Shown here: positions 59,286 to 64,000 of the stretch, piece by piece
Numbering within the stretch: the stretch's first letter is position 1
Layout: each line of letters begins with the position of its first letter
NCBI GenBank assembly: GCA_964445535.1
Contig: CAYULX010000001.1
Span: 647 to 64,646 of the forward strand
DNA: 64,000 nt
Origin: an uncultured Eubacterium sp.
GTDB taxonomy: Bacteria; Bacillota; Clostridia; Lachnospirales; Lachnospiraceae
Reading direction: 5' to 3'
The notes under the pieces: model-generated
What the model saw: the letters and a program-made list of their open reading frames with translations, nothing else
Databases searched by the model: none
Told to the model about the DNA's origin: nothing
Translations under genes and position numbers: made by a program

Positions 59286-60161
59286 CTAAGCGCGCCTTCT
59301 CCTGTCCATATACCAGATGGACAACGCCAGAAAAAGAATACCAATGAGTACACAAGAAAAACTGGACACTTTATAAAACAAAAGTATAAACCATCTGTCC
59401 GATGTATCGATTCCCAGATGACTGCAAAAGGTGCCGAAAATACCGATATCTCCCGTTATACTTCCATAAAATCCCATGTAAGAAGACAACGGATTCAGGA
59501 TGAGCAGAAACAGGCACACAGCGATAACCTCCGGCGCAATCTGTCCGGTATTATTCAGCATCAGGGAACCATTTCTGAAAGCCTCTGCCAGCACCAGCGT
59601 TCCGGTTCCAAACATAAGCTGTACAAAAAAAGTCGAGGCAAAGGACCAGACGCTTTTGACGCATACCGTATAAAAAAAGATGGAAATGGCCCCGCTCCAA
59701 AAAGCATAAAGGAGAATCATCGCTCCCAGCCGCAGCAGTTTAACCCCGTTGATTCCCGTATAAATGCATGACAACGCCGACACGGGCAGACCGGAAACAA
59801 ACAATAGCGCATGTACGGCAAGCACCAGAACAATCTTTGCCGTCACATACTGAAAAGATACTCCCGGCACCATCTCAAACTGTTCCAGCATATTTTTCTC
59901 TTTATCTACAATAAAAAGTCTGGATACCGTAGACGGCGTCAGCAACAGTACCGTCACAATCTGAAATGTACTGATAATCAGAAACTGATACTGATACGTT
60001 GTAGTATTATAGTAATATCCCTGCTGAAAAGACTCTTCATTAAAGACCATGAATAAAATCATGATAAATGCCATGATGGCAATGTAAAAAATAATCATCA
60101 GCGGAAATCTGATGTTCCTTCCCTCCCGCAACCATTCTGTCTTTAAAAATGGATTGATCAT
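59286..60161 (-). CDS. ABC-2/GldF-like permease
   Basis: About 6 TM segments, INPFLKTEW...R, NPLSS. Confidence 0.75.
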   Translation of the reverse strand: MINPFLKTEWLREGRNIRFPLMIIFYIAIMAFIMILFMVFNEESFQQGYYYNTTTYQYQFLIISTFQIVTVLLLTPSTVSRLFIVDKEKNMLEQFEMVPGVSFQYVTAKIVLVLAVHALLFVSGLPVSALSCIYTGINGVKLLRLGAMILLYAFWSGAISIFFYTVCVKSVWSFASTFFVQLMFGTGTLVLAEAFRNGSLMLNNTGQIAPEVIAVCLFLLILNPLSSYMGFYGSITGDIGIFGTFCSHLGIDTSDRWFILLFYKVSSFSCVLIGILFLALSIWYMDRRRRA

Positions 60162-60164
60162 ATT

Positions 60165-61070
60165 CTACCTCCGGAAAACTTCTTCAATATTAACACGATC
60201 CCGCATATAATTCTGGATGAAAGCGCCGGATTCCACCAGATCCGTAAGAAGCTCCGCCTCTTCCCGCTCTCCTCCATTAAACCGGAAAATAACCTCCTGT
60301 TCATCCACGGTCACCCGATCCACCAGCGTATTGGTCTTTAGTACTTCCAAGGCTTCCTCAAGACCGGCCAGCACATGCATCCTCACCGGACTTTTTTTCA
60401 ATGCCGTCTCAAAAATATCTTCGGTCTCTCCTTCCACCGTAACCCTTCCTTCTTCCACCAATGCGATATCCGTAAAGAAATCTCGGTTTTCCGGGAACAT
60501 CTGAGAATTGACCACGATGGATTTCCCCTCTTCCTGGAGCATCAGGAGAATCTTAATCATGAAATTCCGGCTGGCAGAACTTAAATTAGCGAAAGGCTCA
60601 TCCAGCAGAAGCCACTCCGGGTCGTGCAGTACCGTTTTAGCCAGACAGAGAAAAGGCCGCATCTCCACCGGCAATTCCGCGATAAAGGCGCTCATATACT
60701 GACGGATACCAAAAAGTTCCGCCACTTCTTCCATTCTCTTGAGTCTGTATCCTCCATTTACCTTATAAAGAGAGAGAAAAAGCTCAAAGTATTCGTCCAC
60801 CCGGAGAAGGTCATAGAAACCATACTCCCTTGGCATATAGCCAAAGTTCTGATACGCCTGGCTTCTCTGCCGGTAAATGGACTCGCCATTCAAAAGAATC
60901 TGACCATAGTCGGGAGCCTGGCTGCCGCTGGCGGCAGCCAGAATCATGGATTTCGCTTTACTGTCAGACCCCAGCAATCCCATGATCGCTCCATCTGGTA
61001 TCTTTAAATTGAAATCATCCAATATTCTTTTTTCCCGCCGGTAAATCGAAGTATTCTGAAATTCCAGCAT
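60165..61070 (-). CDS. ABC ATP-binding-fold protein with degenerate catalytic motifs
   Basis: ABC fold with Walker B LLLDEP, but Walker A GSDSKAKS, signature LPVEM and H-loop NSQ. Confidence 0.85.
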   Translation of the reverse strand: MLEFQNTSIYRREKRILDDFNLKIPDGAIMGLLGSDSKAKSMILAAASGSQAPDYGQILLNGESIYRQRSQAYQNFGYMPREYGFYDLLRVDEYFELFLSLYKVNGGYRLKRMEEVAELFGIRQYMSAFIAELPVEMRPFLCLAKTVLHDPEWLLLDEPFANLSSASRNFMIKILLMLQEEGKSIVVNSQMFPENRDFFTDIALVEEGRVTVEGETEDIFETALKKSPVRMHVLAGLEEALEVLKTNTLVDRVTVDEQEVIFRFNGGEREEAELLTDLVESGAFIQNYMRDRVNIEEVFRR

Positions 61071-61089
61071 ATCCGCTTCCCCCTGTACC

Positions 61090-63504
61090 TTAATCTCCTA
61101 TATCCTTTGTCAGCAGAGAAAGAACCGGCGCCTCCCCATAGTTACTGCCCTGCGGCAGCGTAAAAGTCAGCGTCATCTCATTTATATCCGAAACATACGG
61201 CTCCAATTCATCAAAATTCATAAAATCATCTTCCTCCGCAAGAATCTGCTCCTGTTCCTCCGTATCATAATTGTAGGCATAGATTGTCCCCTGAAAACCA
61301 TCCCTGTTCCGGAACATTCCCCAGACAATCTTAGAGGTATCAAAAGAATAAACCGCTTTCGTCTCCTGCTTTTCCAGCATGTTATAACTCAGGGAAGTCC
61401 CCTTGCTTTCTTCATCCAGGCAAGTATTGATATTGATAATACAGTCACTGCCGTCGGTATTTGGGAGCACAAATCGGTTGACAAAGGCTGACAGTCGATT
61501 ATCCAGGGTATTGCCATTGGATAAAAGCTGAAAATTATTCTCATCGGTGATTCCGATGACCAGCAGCGTGTACTGGTCTTCATTTTGGAGCATATATCTC
61601 TGTTTCAAATATTCCACCAGATTGCCTGTGGCGTCATCCTCGCTGGTGTCCTCCTGCGCATCTTCTTCATACTCTGTCCAAAACCGCACGGCGCTTTCTT
61701 TCACTTCCGCAGTCTCTCCCGGTTCCATATTGTCAAGAACCGTATATTGCTGCCCCCGAATCAGAACAACCTTTTCAAAATACCAGCTGGATATATTCGT
61801 CACGCTTCCCTCAAAATAGGAATTCTCCGCCGTAATATCCGTGGTAAAACAGTCGGCTATGTCTGTCTGCGAGGATTCGCTGGAACATTTAAAAATGTAA
61901 GAAGTACCGGGTATTGTCTCTCCGAAAACGATGTCAAAACCATTTCTGGTATTATTTATCGTATAATTTTCCGTAATATTCCGCACGGAATAATTATCCG
62001 CATCCGCTGTCCGATAGTTATAATCTACCGGCTCCACACTGCCAATGGAAGAAACCAAATCAACATTATCTTCCGTTCCCTCATTATCCTGATACAAAAG
62101 GAAATAATCATCCTGTCCCTGGGAAGCGTCGTTGATTCGGATGGCCGAAAAATCCTGCCCGGTCTCTCCGCTGCTGCTCTCCGAACGGAAAGTAAGAGAA
62201 ATCGTGAACAAAACCGCCACCGCCGGAACAACTCCCCAAATATATTCTCTTCTTTTTATCTTTCTGAGAAGATAGTAGGCAAAAAAAACCAGCGCTCCCA
62301 GATATACAATAAAGAATAGACCGTAATAAAAAGTATTGAGGCGTCTTCCGTTCATAAACGCATATAATGTCCGTTTCACATACCAGAGACTTGTATCATC
62401 CGCCCGGTCACGGATGACCTCCTGCTCTAATTCCTCCTGGAACACCTGGTCGGTGACAGCCTCCCACCCGGTCCACTGCCGGAACATATCGTCTGTCAGG
62501 CTGAAAACAAGAACAGAAATCTGTCCTCCGCCATATTCTTTGCGGTACATGCAGTTCGGATATGAAAAAGATACCTTGTCCCAATTATCCTCGTCCTGCA
62601 TCACCAGATGGGAGGAATACAGCCGCACACTTCCCGCCTGGGACAAATCTCCAGTAAAAGCATACTGCACTTCTTCCACTTCGCCCGCCTGTATCTTCAG
62701 CAGACTTTCCAGCCCCGGCAAAACAGTCCCGGCGCCGGTACCTGTTCCCACAAATAAACTTCCGCCCTGCGATATCCAGGAAGTAAGACATTGTATCTGA
62801 AGCTGTGACAGAGTGGACGTGTCAAAAGAATCAATGAGTATTCCGGAAAGGGAACCCAGCTCGTCGGTATCCGTTGGGAAATCTTCGGCCAGGAAACGAA
62901 TCAGTCTTAACGTCAGAGTCTCATCTTCCGCTTCCATCTCCATATCATTTAGATACTCCAGAGAGGAATACTGGTTGCTCAAAACCCCGATATATATATA
63001 CTTCTCATCGGCCGTCTCCGCGTCCTCCCGAGTCTCCACCCTTTCCGAAAACTGCACCGTTCCAAAAGAATCCAGTATCTCAAAATAAAAATAGGAAACA
63101 TTTCCCAAATCCGGAACTTCCATTTCCACCTTGCTGGTCACACCTTCCCGGCAACTCAGCGCCACTTGATAAGAAACGCCGTCCCCGTCTGTCCCCGGTA
63201 AAGTAATCTTCAATGTTCCGGTAAAAGCTTCTTCTTCACAAGAAATGCTGGCTCGCACCGGAAGGGTTCTATCCGGGACAAGATAACCCTTCGTCCCAAA
63301 AATCACATCGCCAGTCAGAGAATCCATCTGAAAATGGTAACTGTAACCACCATCATCGGACAGTTCCACCTTTTCCCAGGTCTCCGTGCTGTCGCCAGTC
63401 TGCTGCTGACGGTGACAACCGTAAAACCAGAAAATAACCACACAAAGAACAATCAATATCAGAATAATTATTTTTTTGTAAGTACGAAATAAATCATTAA
63501 TCAT
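61090..63504 (-). CDS. Large acidic membrane protein associated with the ABC module
   Basis: 804 aa; N-terminal TM, two central TMs, two large soluble domains; 19 bp from the ATPase gene. Confidence 0.75.
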   Translation of the reverse strand: MINDLFRTYKKIIILILIVLCVVIFWFYGCHRQQQTGDSTETWEKVELSDDGGYSYHFQMDSLTGDVIFGTKGYLVPDRTLPVRASISCEEEAFTGTLKITLPGTDGDGVSYQVALSCREGVTSKVEMEVPDLGNVSYFYFEILDSFGTVQFSERVETREDAETADEKYIYIGVLSNQYSSLEYLNDMEMEAEDETLTLRLIRFLAEDFPTDTDELGSLSGILIDSFDTSTLSQLQIQCLTSWISQGGSLFVGTGTGAGTVLPGLESLLKIQAGEVEEVQYAFTGDLSQAGSVRLYSSHLVMQDEDNWDKVSFSYPNCMYRKEYGGGQISVLVFSLTDDMFRQWTGWEAVTDQVFQEELEQEVIRDRADDTSLWYVKRTLYAFMNGRRLNTFYYGLFFIVYLGALVFFAYYLLRKIKRREYIWGVVPAVAVLFTISLTFRSESSSGETGQDFSAIRINDASQGQDDYFLLYQDNEGTEDNVDLVSSIGSVEPVDYNYRTADADNYSVRNITENYTINNTRNGFDIVFGETIPGTSYIFKCSSESSQTDIADCFTTDITAENSYFEGSVTNISSWYFEKVVLIRGQQYTVLDNMEPGETAEVKESAVRFWTEYEEDAQEDTSEDDATGNLVEYLKQRYMLQNEDQYTLLVIGITDENNFQLLSNGNTLDNRLSAFVNRFVLPNTDGSDCIININTCLDEESKGTSLSYNMLEKQETKAVYSFDTSKIVWGMFRNRDGFQGTIYAYNYDTEEQEQILAEEDDFMNFDELEPYVSDINEMTLTFTLPQGSNYGEAPVLSLLTKDIGD

Positions 63505-63600
63505 ACTGTTTCTCCATGCTGCCGCTTCTTATCTGTCATCCCGGCCGCCTTGCCAGGAACCCGCCTTTTTACTGAAGCGCCGTCCTACCAGTAAACCGCC

Positions 63601-64000
63601 TTATCGTCCTCCGCTGTACGGCGCCACCACCGGAAGTTCTATCTGAAAACGGGTTCCGTATTCATCGCTGGTCGCCCATATATTTCCGTTATGCAAATTG
63701 ACAATGTTCTTGGCAATGGCAAGTCCCAGTCCCGTTCCTCCGGTTTTCAAGGAACGGGAAGACTCCACTCTGTAAAACTTATCGAAAATCTTATGCAGCT
63801 TTTCCGCCGGAATCACCTTTCCATAATTGATGACCGCCACAAAAACCTTGTTATTCAACCGCCCAGTCTTCACTTCGATGACCTTGCCCTCAGCTCCGTA
63901 TTTAATGGCGTTGGACATAAGATTGCCGATGGCTCTAGCCAACAGTTCTCCGTTGGCCTCGATGTTCAGCGCGCCTTCGTAAAATTCCGTCCGGCAGGTC
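63601..64000 (-). CDS. Sensor histidine kinase, C-terminal HATPase domain (5' part outside window)
   Basis: Frame open to the window edge; N box NLMSNAIKY, F box IFDKFYR, G box GGTGLGLAI. Confidence 0.92.
   Translation of the reverse strand, partial: TCRTEFYEGALNIEANGELLARAIGNLMSNAIKYGAEGKVIEVKTGRLNNKVFVAVINYGKVIPAEKLHKIFDKFYRVESSRSLKTGGTGLGLAIAKNIVNLHNGNIWATSDEYGTRFQIELPVVAPYSGGR

Overview
Mostly core-chromosome segment from a low-GC Gram-positive anaerobe, Clostridia and probably Lachnospiraceae-like (inferred from PolC, long HPF, class 3 FBPase and a sortase-type surface protein). Nearly all genes are on the minus strand. From high to low coordinates (the direction of transcription) it holds: a partial sensor kinase; a three-gene ABC-like module whose ATPase has degenerate catalytic motifs; thrC; a TagF-like transferase with glf; a stand-alone RpoD-like sigma factor; nadE; polC; a gamma-carbonic anhydrase family gene; an AlaX editing protein; an acidic lipoprotein; an FMN-binding/4Fe-4S membrane pair; a candidate structured small RNA; an intact IS630; an accessory, decaying stretch at about 30-38.5 kb (P1B ATPase, two TetR genes, Uma2 nuclease, serially deleted ABC and AAA-ATPase pseudogenes, truncated cupin); a DnaA-box cluster that is not an origin; hpf-secA-prfB (prfB has no frameshift); tex; the tsaE-tsaB-rimI-rnz-tsaD-ispD cluster; an atypical clpX; fbp; a ybhJ-like hydratase-ilvB-ilvN operon; and a VPQTG-anchored adhesin of more than 2470 aa that runs off the left edge and is missing from the ORF track. 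I recognised no rRNA, tRNA, CRISPR array or prophage. All calls come from reading the sequence and recalling family motifs; no database searches were run.
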